64,000 bases of DNA from Eubacteriales bacterium. Lineage in GTDB: Bacteria; Bacillota; Clostridia; Peptostreptococcales; Anaerovoracaceae. The stretch covers positions 6,769-70,768 of the forward strand of contig JAQWFH010000001.1 of the NCBI GenBank assembly GCA_028704515.1. Reading direction: 5' to 3'. The stretch's first letter is position 1. Every line of letters starts with the position of its first letter. The notes below the pieces were generated by a model, which was not told the DNA's origin, searched no databases, and saw only the letters and a program-made list of their open reading frames with translations. Both the position numbers and the translations under genes were made by a program. Shown here in pieces: positions 28,752 to 39,628 of this stretch.

Positions 28752-28882
28752 AAAAGCCTAATATATAATTTTTGGCACAAAAATGGTGAATGATATGGAA
28801 AAGCATTACCAGATTTGATATAATGAAATGATGAATAAGGAAATTTTTATATCATATGAACTTTGTTCAAGGAGGATAAAAA

Positions 28883-29908
28883 ATGGCTATTAAAATTGGC
28901 ATCAGTGGGTTCGGACGTATAGGCAGAGTGGTAATTCGTGCGGCGGTTAATGATCCTAATATTGAAATTGCGGGAATAAATATCCGTAATGCTGACAACG
29001 ATTATCTTGTTTACATGTTAAAGTACGACTCTACATTCGGAAGGTTTCCAAAGAGCCTTGATACTTATGAGGGTGGAATTGTAATCGACGGTAAAAAAGT
29101 ACCTGTTTATAGCGAGACGGAAGCTATTAACATACCTTGGAAGGAATGTGGTGCAGAGTATATAGTAGAAGGAACCGGAGCTTATGCAACCACTGAAAAG
29201 GCCAGAGATCATATCAAGGCGGGGGCAAAGAAGGTAATCATTACCGCACCTGCAAAGGATGGAACAACTCCTACATTTGTAATGGGTGTTAATCACGAGG
29301 AATACAAGTCTGAGTATCAGGTAGTTTCAAATGCATCCTGCACTACCAACTGTCTTGCTCCGATCGCAAAGGTGCTGGAAGACAATTGGGGCATTGAGAG
29401 CGGTCTTATGTCAACAATCCATGCCGCTACGTCAAAGCAAAAGGTTGTCGATTCGCGTTCAATGAAGGACTGGAGAACAGGAAGATCGTCTTTTGGAAAC
29501 ATCATACCGTCAACAACAGGCGCAGCGAAAGCCGTTGGAATTGTAATTCCTTCACTTAAGGGTAAGCTGACGGGCATTTCATTTAGAGTACCGGTTGCAA
29601 ACGTTTCCGTAGTCGATTTGAATGTACAGCTAAACAATCCAACTACGTATGAAAAAATATGTGAGAAGATAAAAGAAGCATCGGAAACACATTTAAAGGG
29701 TATAATTGAATATATCGATGATGAGGTCGTATCTAGTGATTTTATAGGCGATCATCATACGTCGATTTTTGATTCAAAGCAGGGAATAATGCTCAATGAC
29801 AAATGCTTTAAGGTAATAGCTTATTATGATAATGAATACGGATATTCTTACGCTACACTTTCCATGATAAAGCATATGTACAATGTTGATAACAACCTCA
29901 ACAAATAA
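28883..29908 (+). CDS. gap: Glyceraldehyde-3-phosphate dehydrogenase, paralog 1 (E. coli GapA/eukaryote-like clade; lacks the NAD-discriminating Asp)
   Basis: GFGRIGR, active site SNASCTTNCLAP, KDWRTGR, WYDNEYGYS. The dinucleotide-fold segment reads GINIRNADND instead of AINDL. Confidence 0.9.
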   Translation: MAIKIGISGFGRIGRVVIRAAVNDPNIEIAGINIRNADNDYLVYMLKYDSTFGRFPKSLDTYEGGIVIDGKKVPVYSETEAINIPWKECGAEYIVEGTGAYATTEKARDHIKAGAKKVIITAPAKDGTTPTFVMGVNHEEYKSEYQVVSNASCTTNCLAPIAKVLEDNWGIESGLMSTIHAATSKQKVVDSRSMKDWRTGRSSFGNIIPSTTGAAKAVGIVIPSLKGKLTGISFRVPVANVSVVDLNVQLNNPTTYEKICEKIKEASETHLKGIIEYIDDEVVSSDFIGDHHTSIFDSKQGIMLNDKCFKVIAYYDNEYGYSYATLSMIKHMYNVDNNLNK

Positions 29909-29950
29909 AAAAATTAACAACTAAAACACCGAAAACAAGGGGGAGAATAT

Positions 29951-30961
29951 ATGCGGACGAAAGTCGGAATTAATGGGTTTGGAAGAATAGGCAGAAATAT
30001 GCTTAAAATTGCGCTTGATAAGAATGTAGATTTTGAAATTGTTGCAATAAACGATCTTACCGATGCGAGGACATTGGCTCATCTTCTAAAGTATGATAGC
30101 TGCTTCGGTAAATTTAACGGAACCGTTACTCATACCGACGACGCAATAATTGTAAACGGCAAAGAGATAAAAGTTTTTGCGGAGAAAGATCCCGCCGAAA
30201 TCCCATGGGGAAAATACGGGGTACAGATTGTTCTTGAATCTACGGGGGCCTTTAAGAAAAGAAAGGACGTTTCCAAACACTTTGGTGAGACAGTAAAAAA
30301 GGTAGTAATATCGGCACCTGCAGAGGATGAAGATATTACTGTTGTTATGGGTGTAAACGATGAGAAATACGAGGCTGATAAGCATCATATTATTTCAAAT
30401 GCATCCTGCACGACCAACTGTCTTGCACCTCTTGCCAAGATTGTCGATAATGAATACGGTATAGTGCAAGGGCTCATGACTACAATCCATTCATATACGA
30501 ATGACCAAAGAATACTTGACTTGCCTCATCGTGATTTAAGAAGATCCAGAGCCGCGTGCTTATCGATGATTCCCACAACGACGGGAGCGGCGAAGGCAGT
30601 GGAGCTTGTGTTGCCGCAGCTCAAAGGAAAGCTCAATGGCATTTCTATGAGGGTTCCCACTCCCTCTGTATCGGTAGTTGACGTTGTTATCGAGCTTGAT
30701 AAGGTTGTCACAAAAGAAACAATCAATCAAACGATAAAAAGAGCATCCGAAACCTACATGAAGGGTATTATGGGATATTGCGAAGAATCCTTGGTATCCA
30801 TAGATTTCAAGGGTGAGGAGTTTTCGGCGATATTAGATAGCAGAGCCACGATGGTTTTGAAGGGCAATATGGTGAAGCTTCTGGCGTGGTATGACAACGA
30901 ATGGGGTTATGCATGCAGAGTAGTAGATCTCATAGGCCACATAATCAAAGGTGGTTTATAA
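29951..30961 (+). CDS. gap: Glyceraldehyde-3-phosphate dehydrogenase, paralog 2 (typical Firmicutes GapA-like, NAD signature AINDL)
   Basis: GFGRIGR, AINDLTD, SNASCTTNCLAP, DLPHRDLRRSRAA, WYDNEWGY. Confidence 0.9.
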   Translation: MRTKVGINGFGRIGRNMLKIALDKNVDFEIVAINDLTDARTLAHLLKYDSCFGKFNGTVTHTDDAIIVNGKEIKVFAEKDPAEIPWGKYGVQIVLESTGAFKKRKDVSKHFGETVKKVVISAPAEDEDITVVMGVNDEKYEADKHHIISNASCTTNCLAPLAKIVDNEYGIVQGLMTTIHSYTNDQRILDLPHRDLRRSRAACLSMIPTTTGAAKAVELVLPQLKGKLNGISMRVPTPSVSVVDVVIELDKVVTKETINQTIKRASETYMKGIMGYCEESLVSIDFKGEEFSAILDSRATMVLKGNMVKLLAWYDNEWGYACRVVDLIGHIIKGGL

Positions 30962-30987
30962 AAAATTAAATTTTTGGAGAAGGAATC

Positions 30988-32172
30988 ATGAAGAAGACCG
31001 TAAAGGACATAGATGTTAAAGGCAAGCATGTTATTGTAAGGTGCGATTTTAATGTTCCCCTGGAAGACGGAATGATTACCGATGACATCAGGATATTATC
31101 GGCACTGCCTACTATAAAATATTTAATAGATGCCGGTGCAAAGATTATTCTTCTGTCTCATTTAGGGCGCCCTAAGGGAGAAGCCAAGAAAGAGTTTTCA
31201 TTGCAGCCGGTAGCGGATAGACTTTCTGAATTGCTTGAAGGAAATATAACATTCGCACAATCTCCCGAAGTTATAGATGACAATGTAAAAGCTTCCGTAG
31301 CCGGGATGAAAGAAGGGGAGGTTATACTCCTCGAAAACATTAGATTTAGAAAAGAAGAAACGGATAATGATCCTGAGTTTTCAAAGCAGCTTGCAGAACT
31401 TGGAGAAATATTTGTAAACGATGCATTTGGAACTGCCCACAGAGCTCACAGCTCAACGGCAGGAATAGCCGATTACTTACCGGCGGTATCCGGATTCTTA
31501 ATCGAGAAGGAAATAAAGTTTCTTGGAAATACAGTTGCGGATCCGGCAAGACCTTTTGTTGCAATTATGGGTGGCAGTAAGGTTGCGGATAAAATCCCGG
31601 TGGTCAAAAGCCTTCTTACAAAGGTTGATATCTTAATAATCGGCGGAGGAATGGCTTACACCTTCTTAAAAGCTAAGGGCTATGAGATAGGAGCTTCCAT
31701 TTTGGACGATAAAAGTATTGAGCTTGCTGCCTCGCTGATGAAGGAAGCCGATTCCTTGGGAGTTAAAATGCTTTTGCCGGTAGATGTTGTATGTGCATCC
31801 GAATTTTCAAACGAAGCTGCCGTAGGAGTATATGATGCGGATAAAATTCCAAAAGAGCTCATGGCACTTGACATAGGCCCTGCAACGAGCGCTTTATATG
31901 CTGATGAAATTGCTAAAGCCGAAACCGTTGTATGGAACGGACCTGTGGGCGTGTTTGAAATGGAAAATTACAAGCAAGGCACCTTGGCAGTAGCAAAGGC
32001 TTTGGCAGAGGCAAAAGCAGTTACAGTAATAGGCGGGGGTGACTCCGCAGCAGCAGTTGCTCAGTTTGGGCTTGCTGAGAAGATGACTCACATTTCGACG
32101 GGTGGGGGAGCTTCTTTGGAATATCTTGAAGGGAAACAACTTCCGGGGATAGCATGCCTCATGGATATATAA
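30988..32172 (+). CDS. pgk: Phosphoglycerate kinase
   Basis: Full-length PGK pattern (RCDFNVP, SHLGRPKG, FGTAHRAHSS, GGGDS..A). Confidence 0.95.
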   Translation: MKKTVKDIDVKGKHVIVRCDFNVPLEDGMITDDIRILSALPTIKYLIDAGAKIILLSHLGRPKGEAKKEFSLQPVADRLSELLEGNITFAQSPEVIDDNVKASVAGMKEGEVILLENIRFRKEETDNDPEFSKQLAELGEIFVNDAFGTAHRAHSSTAGIADYLPAVSGFLIEKEIKFLGNTVADPARPFVAIMGGSKVADKIPVVKSLLTKVDILIIGGGMAYTFLKAKGYEIGASILDDKSIELAASLMKEADSLGVKMLLPVDVVCASEFSNEAAVGVYDADKIPKELMALDIGPATSALYADEIAKAETVVWNGPVGVFEMENYKQGTLAVAKALAEAKAVTVIGGGDSAAAVAQFGLAEKMTHISTGGGASLEYLEGKQLPGIACLMDI

Positions 32173-32183
32173 AGGAGACTAAA

Positions 32184-34251
<2,068 letters not shown>

Positions 34252-34254
34252 TCC

Positions 34255-34283
34255 TTGAAATCCGCAAGTGCTTATGGTATACT
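34255..34283 (+). promoter_or_regulatory. SigA-type promoter for secG
   Basis: TTGAAA - 17 nt - TATACT, with a TG extended -10. Confidence 0.5.
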
Positions 34284-34377
34284 ATCATAGTTAATTATAG
34301 TTTTTTCTGTAGAGACAGATGATTCGATTTAATTTCGAATTTAAAGATAAACGCTTACGGTGGGAGGAAAATTAAAA

Positions 34378-34608
34378 ATGAAAACAGCTCTTATGGTATT
34401 ACTCGCGATTGCCAGCGTCGTACTTATTGCAAGCATTTTGCTTCAATCAAGTAACAGTGCCGGTTTGTCGGGAGCTATAGGCGGCGGTGCCGAACAACTT
34501 TTCGGTAAAAAGAAGAGCAAGGGCTATGAAGCAATTTTATCAAAGATTTCTTCGGTTGCAGCGGTATTGTTCATTCTTTTATCACTTGCTATTGTTACGC
34601 TTGAGTAA
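34378..34608 (+). CDS. secG: Preprotein translocase subunit SecG
   Basis: 76 aa with two TM helices and a central Gly-rich loop (GLSGAIGGGAEQLFG). GGGAGGAAAA RBS. Canonical position after eno. Confidence 0.8.
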   Translation: MKTALMVLLAIASVVLIASILLQSSNSAGLSGAIGGGAEQLFGKKKSKGYEAILSKISSVAAVLFILLSLAIVTLE

Positions 34609-34636
34609 TAATAAACTATAAAATTATAATAGTATT

Positions 34637-34668
34637 CAAGAGGTATCGCTGATACCTCTTGTGTTTTA
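34637..34668 (+). terminator. Rho-independent terminator after secG
   Basis: CAAGAGGTATC-GCT-GATACCTCTTG stem followed by TGTTTTATT. Confidence 0.7.
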
Positions 34669-34689
34669 TTACAGCGGAGGTACAAAAAA

Positions 34690-36747
34690 ATGACAGTTTT
34701 GAAAATTGCGGCTATTGTTTGCGCTTTTGTCGGACTTTTTGTTGCATACAGTCTTTTAAGATGGGTTGGAAGCCTCGAAATCGAGAATGAAGATATGAGG
34801 GCTATATCCAAAAAGATTAAGGAAGCCTCAAAGGCATTTCTTTTGCGCGAATATAAAGGTATACTCACGCTCATAATCATATTATTTATTTTTATAACGA
34901 TTGCTCTGGGTTTTAAAATATCAATCTCGTATTTAGCCGGTGTTCTAATTTCGATGATATCAGGGTATCTTGGGGTAAGTGCAGCAGTAAAGGGTAATGC
35001 AAGAACTGCGAGCATTGCTACTACTCAGGGGCTTAAATCCGCGACGAAGGTAGCCTTCAGATCAGGGGCGGTTATGGGACTGAGTGCTGCGGGTCTGGGA
35101 CTTGCCGGAGTAAGTATTGTATATTTCATCTTCGGTACGAATTGTACATATTATATTGTGGCATTTGCTCTTGGAGCCTCGACTGTCTCGCTGATGTCTC
35201 GCATTGGCGGCGGAATATACGTAAAAGCGGCTGATGTCGGCTCAGAAGTTGTTGGAAGAATAGAAGAAGATTTGCAAGAGGATGATCCGAGAAATCCTGC
35301 TATGCTGGCCGATAAAGTAGGTAAAAGCGTAGGTGGCGTAACGGGGATAGGGCTTGATATGCTCGAATCATATATGAGCGCTATTATTGCAGCTATAGTA
35401 ATTGCCATAATAATGCCATCGGTGGATCCGGAACTGGGGGCGGCGTTTGAAATTTCGGCCGTAGGCGGGAGCTTGTTCCCAATTGCAATGGCATCTATCG
35501 GAATATTATCATCAATTATAGGTATTTTTGTGGTGAGAGGAAGTGAAACTTCAAATCCCGCAATTGCTTTGACAAGATGTTTTTTGGTCAGCGAGTCTAT
35601 TGTGATAGTATCAGCATTAATATTGAGTGGTATACTTTTTGGCAATGTTTACTGCGGTCTTTCCGTAATCGTCGGCATACTTGCCGGAATTGGTGTCGGG
35701 AAGTCTATAACTGTATTTACATCGGAAGGACATAAAAATTTCAGTCACCTTATGAGCTCCTCGAGTCTGGGCTCCGGGACGCTAACGGTGTTTGGGATAG
35801 CACTTGGGATGATGTCGACAGTCTTTCCTATTTTATGCATAACGGCAACCATAGTTATAGCAAATTATTTTGCGGGTATCTACGGAGTTGCACTTGCAGC
35901 TGTAGGTATGACGGCAAATATGGCTATATCCGTTGCAATAAACGCATGCGGTCCTATCGCGTACAATGCAAGGGGAATTGCGGAAACTACAGGTGTTCCG
36001 AACAAGCTACAGGCAATAGTTGGAAAACTAAAGCTGATAGGAGCCGAGACGATAAAAATTGAGCGCGGTGTTGCTATAGCTTCGACTGCAGTGACTGCAT
36101 TTGCGCTATTCATAATATATATACAAGTTATAAATATGACCGGCGGGGAGCAATATGCCGGATTCTCATTAAACCTCATGAATCCTATTGCATTGGCAGG
36201 CCTACTTATTGGAGGAATAATTCCTTTTGTTGTTTCGGCGCTTACAATGAACGCGGTCGGTAAGGCTGCCAGAAATATGATATATGAAGTCAGAAGACAG
36301 TTTAAGAAAACGAAAGAGATGCCGGGCAGCGAAATAATTCCGGATTACGCAAAATGTGTAGACGTATCTACAAAAGCTGCTATAAATCAGATGCTTCTTC
36401 CAGGAGTTATGGTTATGGCAACGCCTATATTGGTTGGGATTCTGCTAGGCTGTGAGGCTCTCGGAGGCATGATTGCAGGAGCGATTTGTACGGGTGTCAT
36501 TCTTTCCACAATGATGCTGAATTCAGGAGAAGCGTGGAATAATGTTAAGCACAAGCTGGATTATACCAACAGAGGTAAAAGCGTTGACGAAACATATAAA
36601 GCTGCTGTTGCGGGGGACCTCTTGGGCGATACATTTAGGGATATCACGGGACCTGCTATAAACATCGTTATTAAGCTCGTTACAATCATATCCATAGTAT
36701 TTTCGGCATTGTTTATAAAAGTTGGCGGATTAATAAATTTTTTGTAA
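34690..36747 (+). CDS. Membrane-integral pyrophosphatase (H+/Na+-PPase, HppA) family homolog with substituted catalytic motifs
   Basis: 685 aa, about 15-16 TM. Family motifs are present (AFLLREYK, GGGIYVKAADVG, EDDPRNPA, GDLLGDTFRDITGPAINIVIKL), but several canonical acidic positions are replaced (see findings). Confidence 0.8.
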   Translation: MTVLKIAAIVCAFVGLFVAYSLLRWVGSLEIENEDMRAISKKIKEASKAFLLREYKGILTLIIILFIFITIALGFKISISYLAGVLISMISGYLGVSAAVKGNARTASIATTQGLKSATKVAFRSGAVMGLSAAGLGLAGVSIVYFIFGTNCTYYIVAFALGASTVSLMSRIGGGIYVKAADVGSEVVGRIEEDLQEDDPRNPAMLADKVGKSVGGVTGIGLDMLESYMSAIIAAIVIAIIMPSVDPELGAAFEISAVGGSLFPIAMASIGILSSIIGIFVVRGSETSNPAIALTRCFLVSESIVIVSALILSGILFGNVYCGLSVIVGILAGIGVGKSITVFTSEGHKNFSHLMSSSSLGSGTLTVFGIALGMMSTVFPILCITATIVIANYFAGIYGVALAAVGMTANMAISVAINACGPIAYNARGIAETTGVPNKLQAIVGKLKLIGAETIKIERGVAIASTAVTAFALFIIYIQVINMTGGEQYAGFSLNLMNPIALAGLLIGGIIPFVVSALTMNAVGKAARNMIYEVRRQFKKTKEMPGSEIIPDYAKCVDVSTKAAINQMLLPGVMVMATPILVGILLGCEALGGMIAGAICTGVILSTMMLNSGEAWNNVKHKLDYTNRGKSVDETYKAAVAGDLLGDTFRDITGPAINIVIKLVTIISIVFSALFIKVGGLINFL

Positions 36748-36813
36748 AAATTCCCACTATTAAATCGTGAAAATTGTAGATAATAAAGGGTGAAAGAAAG
36801 AGAGGAGATTGCG

Positions 36814-37059
36814 ATGAAATCAAGAATAATTCTTTGCCTTTTATTAATCATGACAGTGCTTACTTTCGGTGCATGTGGTGATACCACGCCGGAAAATGTT
36901 GTTGACGACAACGATAACGTTGTGCAGAAGGATATGGATGAAGCCGTAGATGATGCACAGGAAGAAGTCAACGATATGGATGGTAAGGATACAACACAGC
37001 GCGGACCTGTTGAAAACAATCCGGATGTAGATAATAATAACAATTCTACTAATGAGTAA
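36814..37059 (+). CDS. Small acidic D/N-rich lipoprotein, function unknown
   Basis: ATG at 36814 with AGAGGAG RBS. Signal peptide plus lipobox LTFGAC. The mature part is low-complexity and acidic. Confidence 0.5.
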   Translation: MKSRIILCLLLIMTVLTFGACGDTTPENVVDDNDNVVQKDMDEAVDDAQEEVNDMDGKDTTQRGPVENNPDVDNNNNSTNE

Positions 37060-37082
37060 TTTGATTAATAAAAGAAAAGGAT

Positions 37083-37105
37083 AAAGGGTGGCGCGGCCAC
37101 CCTTT
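37083..37105 (+). terminator. GC-rich hairpin (possible terminator/attenuator) immediately before rnr
   Basis: AAAGGGTGGC-GCG-GCCACCCTTT. There is no long T tract beyond the TTT in the stem. Confidence 0.35.
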
Positions 37106-39157
37106 ATGCGTTACAATGGAGATATGAAAAATAAAAAATTTAAAAATTTGAAGTCGTTTGGTAAAAACACTTCACCGAAAAAACAAAAGAATAACAAGAA
37201 ACAATATTCTTCCGAACAAAATACGGTAACAGGCAGATTGTCGAAAAACAGAAGAGGATTTGGCTTTATTTGCTTGCCCCATGAACTAGCCGAGGCGGGA
37301 GAAGATATATTTGTGAACGCATCGGATATAGGAGGAGCTATGGAAGGAGATACAGTAGAGGCTGTTTTTCTTCCTAGATATCAATGGCGTGGAACTAGGC
37401 CGGAAGCAAGAATTATCGCCATTTCTGAGCGTGCAACTGAGGAAATTGTCGGTGTTTTTATAAAGAAGAAAAAGCACGGATACGTAATGCCTTCCGATAA
37501 GAAATTGACAGAAGATATTTTGATCTTTGATAAGAACAATTCGGGGGCAAGCTCGGGAGACACGGTTGTAGCAAAGATAATTCGTTACCCCGGTGCGAAT
37601 TTTGGGGCAGAAGGAAAGGTTACCGAGATAATTGCAAGAAGAGGAGAGCCGGGTGCCGATATAAAGGCGCTTGCTAGAAGTGCTGGATTCAGAAGCACAT
37701 TTCCTTCTCGCGCAGCTGCACAGGCAAAGGCGATAGGAGGTGAGGGTGTCGTATGGACAGAAGGGACAAGTCGTAGAGACAGTCGTGATAAGACAGTGTT
37801 TACAATAGATGGAGCCGACGCAAAAGACTTTGATGATGCCGTATCCATTGAGAAGACACCTGAAGGAAACTATGTTTTGGGTGTGCATATAGCAGATGTG
37901 AGCGAATATGTTACAGAAGGCAGTGCACTTGATAGGGAATCTCTCAAAAGGGGCACAAGCGTATATATAATGAACTATGTTATACCTATGCTTCCTTTTC
38001 AGCTGTCAAACAACATATGCAGTCTCAAACCCGGTGAGGATAGATTAACTCTATCTGTAGATATTGAAATAAATCCGTCTGGGGAAATTGTTGCTCATGA
38101 AATATATGAAAGCATAATCCGCTCAAATGAGAGGCTGATATATGATGATATATCGGATATAATAGAGACCGGTGATGAAACCCTAAAACAAAAATACTCA
38201 AAAATTTATGAAGATATCATGATGATGGCAGAGCTTGCAAATATACTTTGGTTCAAAAGAGAGGCCAGGGGTAATCTGGATTTTGATTTTGATGAAGCGC
38301 GAATAACGCTGAATGATGAGGGGATTCCTTCAAGTGTTGATATATCGGAAAGACGAACCGCCAACAGAATGATAGAGGAGTTTATGCTTTCCGCAAATGA
38401 GACAGTGGCAAAGCACTTTAACTTAATAAACATTCCTTTCGTATATAGAGTTCACGAAAGCCCGGATGAAGAAAAGCTTGAAGAGCTGAGAACATTCTTA
38501 CAAAGCTTTTCTATTAATCTGGCACAGCAGGGTAATAAAATACATCCAAGGCTATTGGCCGATATACTGAAGTCTATCAAAGGATTGCCTTACGAGAATG
38601 TTATTTCCGCTGTCATGCTGAGATCGATGAAAAAAGCATCTTATGAGGTTGAATGCAGCGGCCATTTTGGATTGGCTCTTAAATATTATTGCCACTTCAC
38701 TTCGCCGATTAGGAGATATCCGGACTTGATTATACATCGAATCATAAAAGAGAATTTGAGATCCGGAAAGTTCGGTAATAAAAGGATAAGTGAGCTAAAG
38801 AAAATAACGGAGGAGGCGGCAGAGCTTTCCTCTATCAATGAAAGACGTGCATTGGAGCTGGAAAGAGATGCAGAGAAGATGAAAAAGGCGGAATATATGT
38901 CTTATCATATCGGGGAAGTGTACGAGGGAGTGATATCCGGAGTCACAAATTATGGGATTTATGTCCAGCTCCCCAACACGATTGAAGGAATGGTGCGCCT
39001 TGACAGTATTTCGGATGATTATTACGATTATGAACAGAACAAATATCGAATTATAGGCAGGCGTACAAACAACATATATTCGTTGGGACAACCTGTCTCG
39101 ATCAAGGTGATGAGAGCCTCCGCCATAGAAAGGGAAATAGATTTCGAATTAATTTAA
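37106..39157 (+). CDS. rnr: Ribonuclease R
   Basis: RNB catalytic domain (IDGADAKDFDDAVS, HFGL...YCHFTSPIRRYPDL), N-terminal cold-shock-like domains and a C-terminal S1 domain. The start is uncertain: the GTG at 37088 lies inside the hairpin, ATG 37106 or 37124 are possible, and none has a convincing RBS. Confidence 0.85.
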   Translation: MRYNGDMKNKKFKNLKSFGKNTSPKKQKNNKKQYSSEQNTVTGRLSKNRRGFGFICLPHELAEAGEDIFVNASDIGGAMEGDTVEAVFLPRYQWRGTRPEARIIAISERATEEIVGVFIKKKKHGYVMPSDKKLTEDILIFDKNNSGASSGDTVVAKIIRYPGANFGAEGKVTEIIARRGEPGADIKALARSAGFRSTFPSRAAAQAKAIGGEGVVWTEGTSRRDSRDKTVFTIDGADAKDFDDAVSIEKTPEGNYVLGVHIADVSEYVTEGSALDRESLKRGTSVYIMNYVIPMLPFQLSNNICSLKPGEDRLTLSVDIEINPSGEIVAHEIYESIIRSNERLIYDDISDIIETGDETLKQKYSKIYEDIMMMAELANILWFKREARGNLDFDFDEARITLNDEGIPSSVDISERRTANRMIEEFMLSANETVAKHFNLINIPFVYRVHESPDEEKLEELRTFLQSFSINLAQQGNKIHPRLLADILKSIKGLPYENVISAVMLRSMKKASYEVECSGHFGLALKYYCHFTSPIRRYPDLIIHRIIKENLRSGKFGNKRISELKKITEEAAELSSINERRALELERDAEKMKKAEYMSYHIGEVYEGVISGVTNYGIYVQLPNTIEGMVRLDSISDDYYDYEQNKYRIIGRRTNNIYSLGQPVSIKVMRASAIEREIDFELI

Positions 39158-39574
39158 TTGTGAGGATAGTGCGGACAAGACGTCTCCGGCTTCATCCACG
39201 AAAACCCTTTTTTTCGCAATATCGCTAAGAGAAATAACACCTACAAGCTTTCCGCCGGACACGACGGGAAGCCTTCTTATTTTATGCGTGGAAAGCAGAA
39301 GGGCGGCATCGTGAACATTGGTTTCCGGTGATACTGTAACAATATTTGTCGACATTATATCTCCTGCAGAATGTTTATACGATTGAGATGCCACAGAGCG
39401 TATCACGATGTCCCTATCGGTGATAATTCCCAATATCTCGCCGCTGTCGCTACATACCGGGATTGAGCCGACATCGGCACGCTGCATTTGTACAGCTGCT
39501 TCGCGGATGGCAGCATCCTGCTTAATTCCGCATATACCTGTAGTCATTAAGTCTTTTACTTGCATATAAAACAC
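39149..39574 (-). CDS. CBS-pair domain protein
   Basis: 141 aa with two CBS repeats (VKDLMT..., IPV..., IITDRDIV, RRLPVV..GKLVGVISLSDI). Its 3' end overlaps rnr convergently by 9 nt. Confidence 0.8.
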   Translation of the reverse strand: MFYMQVKDLMTTGICGIKQDAAIREAAVQMQRADVGSIPVCSDSGEILGIITDRDIVIRSVASQSYKHSAGDIMSTNIVTVSPETNVHDAALLLSTHKIRRLPVVSGGKLVGVISLSDIAKKRVFVDEAGDVLSALSSQLN

Positions 39575-39628
39575 GCTCCTTTCGATGTATAGCGTATCCG
39601 TAAGGCGTGTTTTATATGCAATTGATTT

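Noticed and set aside
28773-28788. Sigma-54-like element TGGCAC-N5-TGGTG upstream of the first gap gene
   Set aside because: The -24 element is perfect, but the -12 element lacks the conserved GC (TGGT versus TTGC). No enhancer-binding protein gene is adjacent. An extended -10 SigA promoter (TGATATAAT at 28816-28824) is a simpler explanation.
34524-35015. 163-aa minus-strand ORF spanning the secG end and the PPase start. A similar 160-aa ORF lies at 36561-37043.
   Set aside because: Both cross a terminator or intergenic region and oppose genes with strong signals, and both have shadow-frame composition.
39568-39613. AAAACACGC ... GCGTGTTTT long-range hairpin between trkH and the CBS gene, considered as a terminator
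   Set aside because: The loop is 28 nt, and the U-tract on the minus strand is itself part of the stem and overlaps the CBS start codon. The evidence is too weak to call.
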